DNA of 61,602 nucleotides, filler included, from Bonamia ostreae (Eukaryota): NCBI GenBank assembly GCA_040357525.1. It is 10 parts of 10 records of this genome, joined end to end, with 100 filler letters (N's around TTAATTAATTAA, not from the genome) between each part and the next. Parts side by side here need not be neighbours in the genome. Positions count along the whole stretch, not along the records: positions 49,508 to 55,508 come from JBDODL010000149.1; positions 55,609 to 61,602 come from JBDODL010000150.1; 8 more parts are not named here. One strand, 5' to 3'. Shown piece by piece: positions 49,508 to 61,602 of this stretch (position 1 is its first letter; each line of letters starts with the position of its first letter). The notes under the pieces were generated by a model. It saw only the letters and a program-made list of their open reading frames with translations, ran no database searches and was not told where the DNA came from. The position numbers and the translations under genes were made by a program.

Positions 49508-52335
49508 GTTTTTATCAATTGTATTATAATCATTTTCTCTATTCTCCATTTCTGTAACATTGACATTTTTAATTTGATAATTAAAAATTTCCTTAATAAA
49601 AATTTTTTGAATTTTCGTTACGCCATTTTTCCTCAAAATATCTAAAATTTTGTGATATCTTTTTCTCTTCAACATTTTTACAAGATTATTATAAATTTTC
49701 TCGACGCCATTATTTTTGACTTCAATCTTTTCTTTGTTGTTAAAATTTTTCGTCTTTGTTTTGTTATTGGCGTTTTTTGTCTTCGTTTTGTTATCAACGT
49801 TTTCAATCTTTTCTTTGATATCAACCTTCTCAATCTTTGTTTTGTTATCACCATTTGATTTTTGTGTATCGTCACCATTTGTTGTATTTTTAGTCTTTTC
49901 TTTAAATATTGCTTGCTTGCTTTTGATTTTATTGTTATCTTCAATAATTGTTGAATCTTCGGTTTTATTGTTATAAATTTTATCCTTATTGTAGACAAAA
50001 TTTGTAACATAGTCAATGTTTAGTTTTTTGTACTTAAACGCAAAATTTTTTTTCTTGTTTTTAATTTTAGTTTTATTTTTGATACCAATAATATTGTCTT
50101 TTCTTTCACGGTTACCATCAAAGTTAATATTCTTTTCTTCTTTTCTTTCATTGTTGTCAACAACATTAGTTTCGTTTTCGTTTTCTCTTTCATTGTTGTT
50201 AACAACATTAATTTCATTTTCGTTTTTTCTTTCATTGTTGCCATTTTTGTACTCAACATCATCAAATTTTTTCAAAATTCTCATCGTAAAAAAAGAAAAA
50301 TCAAAATTATCGGTTTCGTTGGCAAACTCCATTTTCCATCTCAAAATTTACAATGATTTCTCCAAAACAAATGTTATAGGCTTCGTCGACTTGGATTTCT
50401 TCTGGAACCAACTCAAATTTCAAAACTCGGATTCTTTTTATTCTTGGTGGCGGCGGAGCAAACTCTTTTATCAAAAACACAATTCCGCTTTTCCCGATTC
50501 TTTCGTCGATAAAACACTTTTCTTTCTTCAAAAATTGTGAGAGATCTTCCCACATGGCCTTTTCGTAAATTTTTGTGTTTGAATATTTGCGGAACATTTT
50601 CCTGGATCTCAAAAATGGTTCTTGTAGAGTTCTTGGCAGCGATTCTTTAAATTTAAAATTTTGATAAGATTTTGATTTTTGGTCAATCTGATAAGAAATT
50701 GATGTAACAATGTTGTGAATTATTAAAATTAATTTCAAATTAAATTGTTAAATTTAAAAATTGTTAAACAAAAACGAACTGCTTTTCTTAATTTCGTTAT
50801 AGATCCCACCGGGTACCGTTTTCGATAAGAATAAGAAATGTCATCAAATTTTTCAAAAAGATCAACATCGTCTTTAGTAAATGAATTCTCATAAAAAATT
50901 TCACAAAAATAACGCCATTTCCTGGTCATATTTTCCAAAGAAAATGAAAGCTCGAAAAATTGTGTTGTTTTAATTTGGGGCGAGAAGTAAATTTTGTTGT
51001 CGTTTCTGCATTCAAAAACTGTATTTTCGCGAAGACGGTACCCGGGTAATTTGCATTTAACAAAAGATTGAATTTGTTCTCCGCCATAAAATTCAGTTTT
51101 TGTGAATTCTAAGCGGTTTTTGTCGTTATTTTTGACAAAACACATTTTGGTACCTAAATTTTTTAAAGTAAATATATCGTACTAGCGATTGCTTACGAGA
51201 CAGGTTTACCGTCTGTGGCATCGTCAGCGAATTTAAAGAATAATTATAAATTTAAATTTTAAAAAAATAAAAATTAATTAAAAAAAATTTTAGGTAAATT
51301 TTAATGACAGATTAATTGACAAATTTAAAATTACATAGTCTAATTAAAAAATGCGTAATTTTTGTATTGACACAATTAAAAATTTTAATATTCGTTAACG
51401 ATACCACAGACTTAAAAGGAGACTGATTCGACTTAAAACCTTTGCACAAAAAGTCTATTTGTGCGATTTGATTGATTTTGTAATAGATTCTTGAATTGTT
51501 TGGCATTTGCATTGTTACATCTCTCTTGTTTCGGCAAAACAATGTAAAATTCTTGAGATTACTGTCTCCTTCGGCGCATATAAGATATTCTAGCATATCT
51601 TCTCCAAATTCAAATCTTTCTTTTGAAAATCGCCCCTTTGATCTCGTATATCTGCTGATATAGCAAAATGGATCGTCTGATTAATTAAATGATAAAAACA
51701 TGCGCAAAAATCTGTGAAAACAGCGTCTTCCGTTTTAACCAACTTCAAAGTTTCCATTCGATCGTTTAAAATTTGAATTTTATTGCCTTCTTTACAAAGT
51801 ATCGTAAAGTCTGACCGATTGCTATCAAATGGACATTCTGCAAAATCATCGACGATTTCATTGAGCTCGAATGATGATTTTTCGAACGTAATGTTTCTTA
51901 AAAAGTACTCGTTCATTGTACACGTTCCGTAATTTTGTTTTTCTTTAATGTAATGTAACAAACTTTTGCATTTACAGACAATATTATCAGCTTTAACATT
52001 GCAAGAAACAGTTCTGCTTTTTGTAATGTTACATAAATTTCCATTTTGGGCAACAAAAGCTTTTTCACAGTATCTGTCAGAATTGTAAGTAGACGTGCAA
52101 CGTTCATTACAATTCGTTTTGTTAGTCTTAACTGCCAAAAGACACAACGAAGGTGTGTTAAGACAAATTTGTATTTCATTTTTTATCGTCATTTTGCTAC
52201 AGACTTTAGTTGATGTTTATTGTTACCGGGGTCTTTGTAAAATCTGACGGTGTTAATCGCTAAACTGGGATTTTGTGTAAATTCTGGTTTTGTTACACAA
52301 ATAATTAATAATTGTATTATTAAATTTCGAAGCAT
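49508..52335 (-). CDS. Large hypothetical secreted Cys-rich protein with Asn/Lys-rich tail, multi-exon, partial
   Basis: Signal-like MLRNLIIQLLIICVT; Cys-rich modules incl. sushi-like VKCKLPGYRL..FEC; ORFs linked by GT-AG introns. Confidence 0.55.
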
Positions 52336-52612
52336 TTTTGATAATCGGTTTTGTTTTTTAAAGTTAAGAAAGCTTTATCTTTAACATCAATTTCACAAGA
52401 AATGTAACAATAACTATTGTTGCAAATAAAATCTACAAAAGTAACCATTTATAATCATTGTAATCATGAATAATGACTATATGAATAATCAGTAAAATCA
52501 CAACAGCTTTATAAAACCCGAAGCGATTAAAAATGGTTCTAAATAACAATGATCAAAAATAATGAAAGAAATTGAATGGATGAATCGATTTATTCGGCCA
52601 AAATCGATTTTT

Positions 52613-54210
52613 CTAGCGCCAATAACTGAACTGGAGCTTCCCCTTTTTTAAATCGAGCAATTTGCTCTCGAACAATAGCTAATTTGCCTTTTTTCAACTT
52701 ATTCATATCCTCTTTCGAAAGATGCTTAGTCGGAACGGTCATATCCAAATAATCACCGTAACGAACTTTTGAAGGTATTTTTACTATTTCTTTTGATAAT
52801 TTTGTTTCCCCCTAATTTTTAAATTTTCAGAACAATTAAAAACAATAATTTTCCTTAATTTTGAGATGTAATTTTTGAGATCTCCTTCCGGTTCCTTAAA
52901 GGCGTTCAGAACTTTGCTTCTTTCATCTCCCTTCTTTTTTCTAAATTCTCTGAATTTGGATTCGATTTCAGGAATATCGCTAAATTGAGCAGATTTGACA
53001 TCTTCGTTGATGTTTTGCATCAATTCTTTGTGCCAGTTATCAATAGACTGTTTGTCAGACAAAAAATCATTTTTATCTTTGTTCTCAAATTCGGCTTTTC
53101 TCGCGTCCATTTGACTTTTCAAAAAAGATTGTGCGTTTCTAAGGCGCTCCAATCTGTTCAACGTTTCAGTCACCATTTGCTAATTTAGATTTTACATTTT
53201 TTGACTAAACTGTTTTTATTTATTTTCTCATATTTTTTGACTAATGTAGTTTTCGAAGATATGTCGTTTAAATTATTTTGTAAAAAATTATTGATATTTT
53301 TATTGCAAATAAAAACTTTTTGTCTTTTGTGGGCAAAATATGCGACTTGATATTTTTTAAGTCCGATTAAATATTCACCTAAACTTTTAGCTCTTTTTTC
53401 GGTCTTTAGATGTTCTTTGTATTTATTTATACTTTTAGTTATCCCCCATTTTGCCATTGATTTTGCTATCCAAATTATGCTTTAAAAAATATTAAATGAT
53501 TTTGCCATTTTTAAAATTTTATATTTTTTATCAATTTTAAAAAACTCCATATTAAACTGGTTTTCCTGAAAAACGATTTTGACCGCTTGTTGTAACAGAA
53601 ATATGAAAATGACAGTAAATGGAATAGCCAAAGCCATTGAAGTCATCCCGTTATTTAACAAAACAATATATTCTTTGGAAAGCAAAAACGATGCACCAAA
53701 GACAAGAAATGGATGAACACCCCAAAACTCAAAAAAAGTGGGTTCTTCGGGCAGAAACATTTCAGGAGGTTGATCAATTACATAATTTGGGAAATCTTGA
53801 AATTCGGTTTCAAATTGGACTAGTTTCAAATCTGCTCTAACATCGGAATGGGACATTGGAAACACAAAATTTTCTGGTTCTAAATTTATTTTTTGGTTTT
53901 CGTTTTGGCCCAAAGATGGTGTTTGATATGCTGGTACATCATTTGGATGATAATAATCTTGATGTAAAAATCGTTTTGTCGTCAAACTTTTTTCAAATAT
54001 TTTCTTATATGATTTAATCGGAAATTTGAAAGTCTGAGAAAAGAATAATCGGATTTGTTTTCAAAAATGATAATTATAAATTGATGTTTGTTATTAAATT
54101 AGAGATAGAGAGATAAAAGATTTTTTTAAAAAATTTTAATTAAAAAACATTTTCGCGTTAGTTTGTCCAAAATTCGTAAATACTTTTTTAGAAGATTTTC
54201 GTAGAAGCAT
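52613..54210 (-). CDS. Putative mitochondrial ATP synthase subunit b (ATP4-like), divergent; 4 introns
   Basis: Basic presequence MLLRKSSKK...TTKRF; two TM segments around FLLSKEYIV (cf. LSKEIYV); long helical C-terminus. Confidence 0.55.
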
Positions 54211-54426
54211 TTTTTGTGCTTGAAGAAAAAACATTTTTGGAATTAGTAATTTATTAAAGCTAAATAAAATTTATTGTAATTATTTAATATCAATATCGTA
54301 AAGCTAATTTTTATCTTTTAGCATTTCCGTATTGTAATATTTAATAAGCTTTCAGAAATTATAAATTATAATACGAAAATATAATCCAAACCAAATCCTA
54401 AATTCGCATTTAGACATTCTTGACAA

Positions 54427-55508
54427 ATGGAAAATTCAAATTTGTTAAAAATTGACATTAACAAGTTTAACGAAAAAGGTAACGATTCATATTTTTAGAT
54501 TTTCCTGATAACGGATCCGCCTCATTATCAGAGTCCAAAATCGAAGAGATCGTCGAAAGAAAATTCTCGGAACTAAATTTAAATCAGAATTCGAAATCTG
54601 ATAATTCTTCAATACCAAATTACGATTACTATACTATTCAACCCGGGAGCTCTTCCGCTTTTCTTAAAAGTTTGGAATCTTTTAACCATTCCAAAATTAA
54701 CGATCTCAACATCGTTTTGGAACAAATTAAAAGCTCTATTAATTTAAAGGGTTTTTAAAATTATAAAAAATTGAAAATCGCTAATTTCAATTTATCTTAT
54801 TAATATTGATCGCGTCAAAAAGCAAAAATTTTAGCTTAAAAATTTATTATAATTGATCGTCTGAAAGCAAAAATCGTTGAAAATTGCCAAAAATCTTAAT
54901 TAAATTTATAATAAAAAATAAGATAACAAACAAAAATCATCAAAAAGAGCTTTAAACAAAATATTAATTCGCTTAAAGAGCGTAAATCAGACGAGAAAAC
55001 ATTTTTTAGTAATGTTGAAGCATTTCAGCGGTCGTTTAAACGAACAATTATCGCTAATTGAAAACGCCGAAGATCCAAAAATCGAAGAAGATATTTTTTC
55101 TGAAAACGACGAAAATGAAAATAATTTGTCGAAACGACTAGATTTTTTAAATTTCGAGTTTCATCAAGTCGAAAAAGAAATTTTCGGACTTTCAATGTGT
55201 TTGAAAGAGCAATCTAATCTTTATTTCGAACGCGTTTTAAGCTCGATAAATGTTTTTCAAAATTTTTTGAATTGCAAAAAATTGCAAATTTTTTTCAAAA
55301 ATTGGACAAAAATAGAGAGATTTAAAAGAAGAGAACTTCAATTTTATGCCAATAAATAAAGAAAAGTTGTTGGATTTTGAAGAGAACTATGTAGAGCGCG
55401 AATCAAAATATATGTCACAAATTGACAAAAAGATTGATAGACAATCCAAAAAAAATTTTAATAAAATCGAAAACAATTTTGCGATTAAAAATGAAAATTT
55501 GGACAATA
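54427..55508 (+). CDS. Hypothetical protein, multi-exon, partial
   Basis: ATG-initiated chain of ORFs running to the contig end. Confidence 0.45.
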
Positions 55509-55608
55509 NNNNNNNNNNNNNNNNNNNNNNNNNNNNNNNNNNNNNNNNNNNNTTAATTAATTAANNNNNNNNNNNNNNNNNNNNNNNNNNNNNNNNNNNN
55601 NNNNNNNN

Positions 55609-55642
55609 CCCTAACCCTAACCCTAACCCTAAAAAACCCTAA
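55609..55642 (+). repeat. Telomeric repeat (CCCTAA)4 + AAAA + CCCTAA at contig start
   Basis: C-strand TTAGGG repeats at the extreme left end, in the orientation expected for a chromosome end. Confidence 0.75.
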
Positions 55643-55671
55643 AAAACTGAATTCTAGTAAAACTAACCGAA

Positions 55672-57120
55672 ATGGAGTCCGAAGAAAAACAAAATAATTC
55701 TATGGACTGCAACAATGAAGATAACTGCCCCACGGAAAACCAAACAGACCCGCCTCTAAGGTTTTTTGGTGATCTGCGGGAGGATATTTTGGATATCCAA
55801 GCTCATATACGGGATTTTGGTGATATCACTGAAAAACAGTACTCGAATTCCAGCTCTATTAACAAAAAAACTGGAAAACGGCTAACTACTAGTGAAAACA
55901 CTATAAATAGATTAACTAAAATCGAGCCGATTAAATGTTCCGAAAAACCGGAATTAAGGAAAAAAATTATATCGAAATCTTTGAACAAACTAGAAGTCAA
56001 ACCAGAAACTAGAAACAGGTCTGGTAAATATACCAGCAATTCTAAAACAAACCGGAAACCAGCAAACAAAATGTCCGATGATCTATTGATTTCTAATACA
56101 TCGAATGGAGCGCGATCAACGTCTTCTCGCACAGACGCTGCAGCAATCTTCATCGAAGAGGACAGAAAAACAAAGAGAATACGTGAAACTAAATTAAACG
56201 AGAAACAAACATGTCTACTGATACAAGGTATCGGAAATCCTTTGGAATGCAAAAATCCAATTTATTTGGAATCAAAAATCAAAGGTATTATCCCAAAGTG
56301 CAAAAAAGCAAAACTGTTGAGATTTGGCGACATCAAAGTCTGGATGGAATCTGAACAAGATAGAAATCTGGCGCTCGACAATTCTCTCAGAAATAGCGAT
56401 ATTATTACTTCAAACTTCGGAGAATATGCAAAAGTGCTACCTTGGAGAAACACTGAAGAAATGTCTGTGTTGCACAGAATTCCATCAAACATGGAAGACA
56501 AACAAATTGAAAACTTTATGTCCGAGAAAAAACAAAAGGTAACAATTTTAAAGAGAATTGAAAATTCAAACAAACAATGGTTGACATTGTTTGTGAGATT
56601 TTCGGATGAAGCAGTCAGGAAAAGATTGACGGATAGGGGATATGTTCGAATCGGATTTTCAAAATTCCGAATATCAAAATATGAAAGGCGTGTACCTCCT
56701 ATCTGCTTTAATTGTCAGAAATACGGACACGTCGCAAAGGTATGTTTTGCGAAAAGCAAATGCCGCAATTGTGCAGAGAGCCATTCTTCTAGGGATTGCC
56801 CGAACGAAGATACTAAGAAGTGCATCAATTGCAAAGGAAAACACAAATCGGGAGACAAAAATTGTATTAAAAGAAAAAAATACATAAACAGGTTTCAGGC
56901 ATTGGCCGAGGAAACGGTGTTTGAAAGCAATGAAAGCGAGGATAAAAATACGAACAACATCTTTGGCTGGACTCCAACTAAAAGAAACCTAACAAAAAAA
57001 GAGAAATTAATGACGATGCTTACTTGGCCGAGCAAATCGAAGTCCAATTTTAATGCAACGTTATCAACTAAAAATGTGAAAAATACAGGAAAAAAATTGA
57101 AAGAGATTAAATTAGAATAA
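55672..57120 (+). mobile_element. Intact non-LTR retrotransposon ORF1 (gag-like, three zinc knuckles), no ORF2 downstream
   Basis: Intronless 482 aa; CFNCQKYGHVAKVC, CRNCAESHSSRDC, CINCKGKHKSGDKNC as in I/Jockey/R1-group ORF1. Confidence 0.9.
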
Positions 57121-57797
57121 AATTAAGAACGATAAAAATAACGAAGAAATATTTAAAACTGTAAAAAAGATAACGTAATATTAGATGGAAAAAACATGTA
57201 TATTAAAATAACGAATAAAAAATCATGTATGTTAAAACTGATAATAGATGGAAAACGTAAGAAAACGATCAAAAAATTAGTAATAAGTTAATAGATTATA
57301 TCTTATTTGATATTGTAGTCAGGATACTTTGAGTGATCCTTTTATCAAGAGCAACAATATCAAATTTGAATTGAGTTTTAGCTTCTTTTTTTACATTTTG
57401 TCTTTTTATCCTCTTTTTGGATGACTCTTTTAGGATACATTCATAATTTTATTTTTTCGGGGTTTTTCAATTAATCGTTTAATATGTTCGGTTACAATAT
57501 TGCATATTCTTATTTTGTATATTTAAGATAATCGGAATCTAATAATTCCGGCTCACTTTTAGTGAGTAAAAATTAAAGATACCAACTGAAATATAAATCC
57601 AATTGTAATCTATTAAAGATACCAATTGTAATCTTCAGCATAAAAATCCAACTGAAATATTGTTGAATATAAACTTAAAGATACCAAAAATCATATATAA
57701 AATATAACAATAAATCAGTAAAACCATTATTACCACATTAAACAAACGGCAAAAATGTGGACTAGAAATAAGCAATAAAAGCAAAAAGTTAATCGAA

Positions 57798-60348
57798 ATG
57801 GAAATAGAGATAACTTCAGAGGAAAGTGATATCGATAAATTTGAGTTCAACAACAATCGGATGTTGTTATTGGAACAGATAAAAAACGAATTTTTAAAAA
57901 GAGAAAATAGGAGACTTAGCAAACAAATTATCACTGAAAACTTTTCTAAAAATTTTATCGACAAACGATTGTCTGTCGGTGCTGGAAAACAGACTATCGA
58001 TAAAAATCTAAAAAATGATCTTTTGAAATTATATCACAAGAAAAAGATTCAAAGGAAAAAACTCCTAATTAATAAACTTAAATTGGAAATTTCTTTAATG
58101 AACAAAGAGGCTAAAAAATGGGAGAAAAAATATTTCAAAAAAGATCAAGAGCGAAAACGTTTTTATTACAATTTGTAACAATGAGAACATAGTTAACAAC
58201 AGTAAAAAATAAGAGCACTTTTAAAATATAATAAAAAGTAAAAAGGAGTAAAACGATAAATGGCTTCAACGAGAAGAGGCAAAGTTCTTTCGACGAAGAA
58301 TTGCAAGAAGAAATTTTGAGGAGAAACATGGCTGAAACTGAAAGACGAATAACAATATCTAAATTGATAAATGAAATGAAATTCCAAAGAAAAAGTTTTA
58401 AATTGACAAATAGATTTTTTTATTTTGTGTAGATCGATTTTAAAGAATATATACATTAATTATGATTCTTTACAGAAAGTGGTTTTGACGAAGAAGGCGC
58501 ATCAAGCGAAGACTCCATTGACGAGTATTTGCCAAGATGTAAAAAAGTACAAAACAAAAGATACAAAGCGTTCAGACCCTTTTCGAGAGTATGTCAAAGT
58601 GAATTAATGGCGATGTTACAAAAAAGAAAAATTGAAAGAAAGAAAAAACAAAGAGAAAAATTTAAACGTTTTCCAAAAATGCCAAATCAAAAAAATTACT
58701 TTGTAAATTTAAAATTATTGAAAATTAAAACAGAAAAATCAAATCATTTTTTGGGAAACTTGAAAATAGACTCAAACGATTACTACTCCGAATTACTGTT
58801 ACTCGAAATCAAAAAATTGCAAAAAGACTTCAAAAAAATGAAACTCGAATGTAAACTTTGGCAGAACAACTTTTTTTACAGAAAGGAACCAATTCTCCCA
58901 AATATGCAAAGAAATAATCCAAAATGGCGCAACATTCAAAGACGAAAAAGTCTTTTCGACTTGGAGTTGAATAAAGCGGTTGTCGAAAGAGATAATAAAT
59001 TATCAAAAGTGCACAATGTTGAAGAAAACGAGTTTATGGAAACATTGATCCAAAAAAAGTTTAAAAAGAAAAATTCTGATTTGGTCAAAGCAAATTTGGA
59101 GTTGTTTTTGCGTTTTTAAATTCTAAAATTTTTCTCTTTTGAAATCAATTTTTCTTTATTTTAAAATTTTCTTAACTTTAAAAATATTGATTCCAAATTA
59201 AAACAAAGTCAATCAAATCCGGTCACCAAAACAAAGAATGAACAGTTTCAAATTTTTAAAATTTGAAAATTAACATTTTGTAAAATTGCAAAATTTTGAA
59301 AAATAAATAACGAAAATATAGTTTACACAGACCGAACAATCCCAACAGAACTAAAATCTGAACTACTTAAAAATTACTACTGGTCTCAATTGCGCACAAA
59401 AATTAATGAAACCAAAAAGAAAAAACCTCATTCTCCAAAAACCGTTATCAATTTGTCTCTGAGAGACATTCCAATCAACATTGACTATCTTTGCATGGAA
59501 TTAGAAATCGTTTCTGATCACGCTTTGAGCGTGAAACCGATATTGTACGGAATCAACGACGAGAAAAAGGTGTTGGACGTAAAAATTAGTGTTATCGAAG
59601 AAGAAGGTGTTGATTTGGTCAAAGTTCTTAACGAAATGCTGCTATCGGGAGAATTTTTGCCATATCAGACGTTGCAAAAGATTGTTGACAGTTTTTTGAA
59701 TGAACAATCAGTTATGTACACAACAAACATAAAACCATAACAACAAATTGTAAAGTTTCAGAAGACAAGATCTTCAAACTTCTAAATTCAGTGATCGACG
59801 AAGCCAATAAATTGTTTCTCAAAAAATACAAAAATCAAATGAACCGCGTCATTTTTCTGAACTCGCTTCATTTTGATAGAAACAAACAAAAATACCGCGA
59901 CAAACCGTTCAACGGAAAATATCGCGACATTTTTGACGACACGATGACCGAAATAACAAATTTTGTGCAGAGTGAACTCGTCTCAAAGAAAAAGAAAGCG
60001 TTGAGAAAGAGATTGTTAGAAGAAAGACATGATTTGTACACTGCGAGATTGCAAAAGTCGTACGACAAAAGAGCGAAAACTGACATTGAAAAAAAGTTGT
60101 TACTGCAACGAATCACTGAATTGGAGCAACGATTGCTACTGATGGAAGGGACTGCGAGTGAGAGATTGGCCTTGTTGGAGAAAGATGAGCTGATAAAAAG
60201 ATTGAAAAGCAACATTGAGCAGAGGAGTTTGGTGAGTGGTATTGACGAAGAGCAAAAGAAGTTGATTGGGAAAGAGTTTCGGATTGCGTTGTTGCGCTTG
60301 GAGCTGAAAAAACCGTTTGAGGAAGACCGGTTTGGGTTGGTGTATTAA
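57798..60348 (+). CDS. Hypothetical coiled-coil protein(s), multi-exon
   Basis: Same-strand Lys/Glu/Leu-rich ORFs separated by GTT...AG AT-rich segments. Confidence 0.5.
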
Positions 60349-60796
60349 TGTTTGAAAATAATAAAAATATCTTGATTTTGCGTGTTTTATATTTGCTGCA
60401 ATGTCATTTTATTGTCGAAAGAAAAAAGTTTTTGTTCTCAGTTATTTTTTGGATTAAAGACGAATGACAAAAAATTTTTTTGAAAGTTTTTGTAAAATTT
60501 TGATCTTTCATTTTTAAAATTTTGAAAGTTTTTGTAAAATTTTGATCTTTCATTTTTTAAATTTTGTCGTTTTCATATCAAATTTTGAGATTTTTGATAT
60601 TAATGTTGACGAAGAATATTAAAAAGAAAAGAATTTTAATGAAGATTCAAAAATTTTAACCAAAGCATTGCAGAAAAAATTTTTCGTTGAAAAGACCATG
60701 AGAAAGCATTTTAGCGAAAGGATTTTAAACCACCAATAAAAAAAAGACGACACGAAAATTACTTATTCAAAGCAACAAAAATTAAAATAACAATTT

Positions 60797-61602
60797 TTAA
60801 TTTTGTAGCTTTACGCAGCGGTCGAATCCAGGAAGCTTCTCGTAAAGTTTTTTTACGGTTTTGTTCCCGTAACCAAAAATTTCATGTCCATTAATTTTCG
60901 AACTCCCCAAATCTTTCTTCCGCATTTTTATCGATTCAATCACTCTATTCCTTTTTTACAGCAAAATAAAAAATTTGATTAAAAATTCAAATAATTGAAA
61001 AAATGCCAAATTGAAAAAAATTTGAAATTAACCAAGCTCCAGCAGCAGTTGCAGACAAGAACTTCAAATTTGGATATTTGTCACAACGAACTCTAAAAAC
61101 AGGAAAATCTCCTCCCGTATCCACAATCTCACTAAAGTACTTTATTTTCTCGCCACTTTCCGGTTTCTGACAATCCAAAAACATTCTTTCGCTTTTGAAG
61201 CCGACCGGGAAAATGTGTTTTTTGTTATGAAAATGGCCGACGCGGTGATCAGTGACTATTCGACCCAAATCAGTGATCATCACGCCATTTCTTAACAAAA
61301 TCGGCAATTTGTGGCCGTTTTTGAGCTCGTTTTTATTATAATCGCTTTTGAGGTCGATTTTCTTTTTGTTGTGGGAGAGCGGGTTTTTATTATTGAAGTT
61401 TCGATTTCGTTTTTTGTTGCTGTTGAAGCCGAGATTGTCTTCGGAATCGACCAATCGCAAAAATTGTTTGATCGATTTTTGCAGAGAAGGCGAATTTAAG
61501 TAGATTGAGCAGATCGGAGAAGGTTTGGAGAATTTGTCGATTATTATCGAAACGACATAATTTAGTCTTCTGCTGAGGATGAACCGGTCTAACAGAAAGG
61601 AC
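60797..61602 (-). CDS. FY-rich (FYRN/FYRC) domain protein, partial
   Basis: LPI..ITDLGRI..FHNKKHIFPVGFKSER..YFSEIVD..PVFRV..AW|NRV..INGHEIFGY..EKLPG. Confidence 0.85.

Noticed and set aside
6202-55608. Recurrent TTAATTAATTAA palindrome and apparent gene neighbourhoods across it (e.g. telobox gene near telomeric element)
   Set aside because: Artificial concatenation linker; the contigs are unrelated and size-sorted
2022-61602. Stop-codon reassignment, frameshifting or non-GT-AG introns to explain fragmented ORFs
   Set aside because: Every break examined in conserved genes resolves with a GT-AG intron; TAA, TAG and TGA all end genes

Overview
This is eukaryotic, very AT-rich, gene-dense nuclear DNA. 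It consists of ten unrelated ~6 kb contigs, sorted by decreasing length and joined by artificial N44-TTAATTAATTAA-N44 linkers (contigs: 1-6201, 6302-12457, 12558-18680, 18781-24891, 24992-31056, 31157-37203, 37304-43305, 43406-49407, 49508-55508, 55609-61602), so adjacency across linkers is meaningless. The standard genetic code, TTAGGG repeats, mitochondrial citrate synthase and ATP synthase b, divergent proteins and minute introns suggest a compact parasitic protist. An ascetosporean such as Bonamia would fit, but that is inference only. Recognisable genes: OGG1, U2SURP, a bHLH, an MFS sugar porter, DIS3, a bZIP, SAE2/CtIP, CK2 alpha, RNase H2A, RWDD1, ORC4, citrate synthase, a Ser/Thr kinase, Bro1/ALIX, DIM1, a PhoD-like phosphatase, a telobox Myb, RLP24, SDE2 and a FYR-domain protein. 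The strongest signal is the splicing system. More than 60 GT-AG introns were traced by restoring reading frames. Many are only 18-25 nt, with GTTT-type donors, A-rich acceptors and usually no polypyrimidine tract. The two ends of an intron are often complementary, and several long introns are clamped by 7-15 bp terminal stems. A 490-nt OGG1 intron hosts a densely structured RNA with a U1A/U2B''-type loop, a candidate divergent U1 snRNA. One contig starts with telomere repeats directly capping an intact gag/ORF1-only retroelement. All structure calls were made by eye and need computational confirmation.
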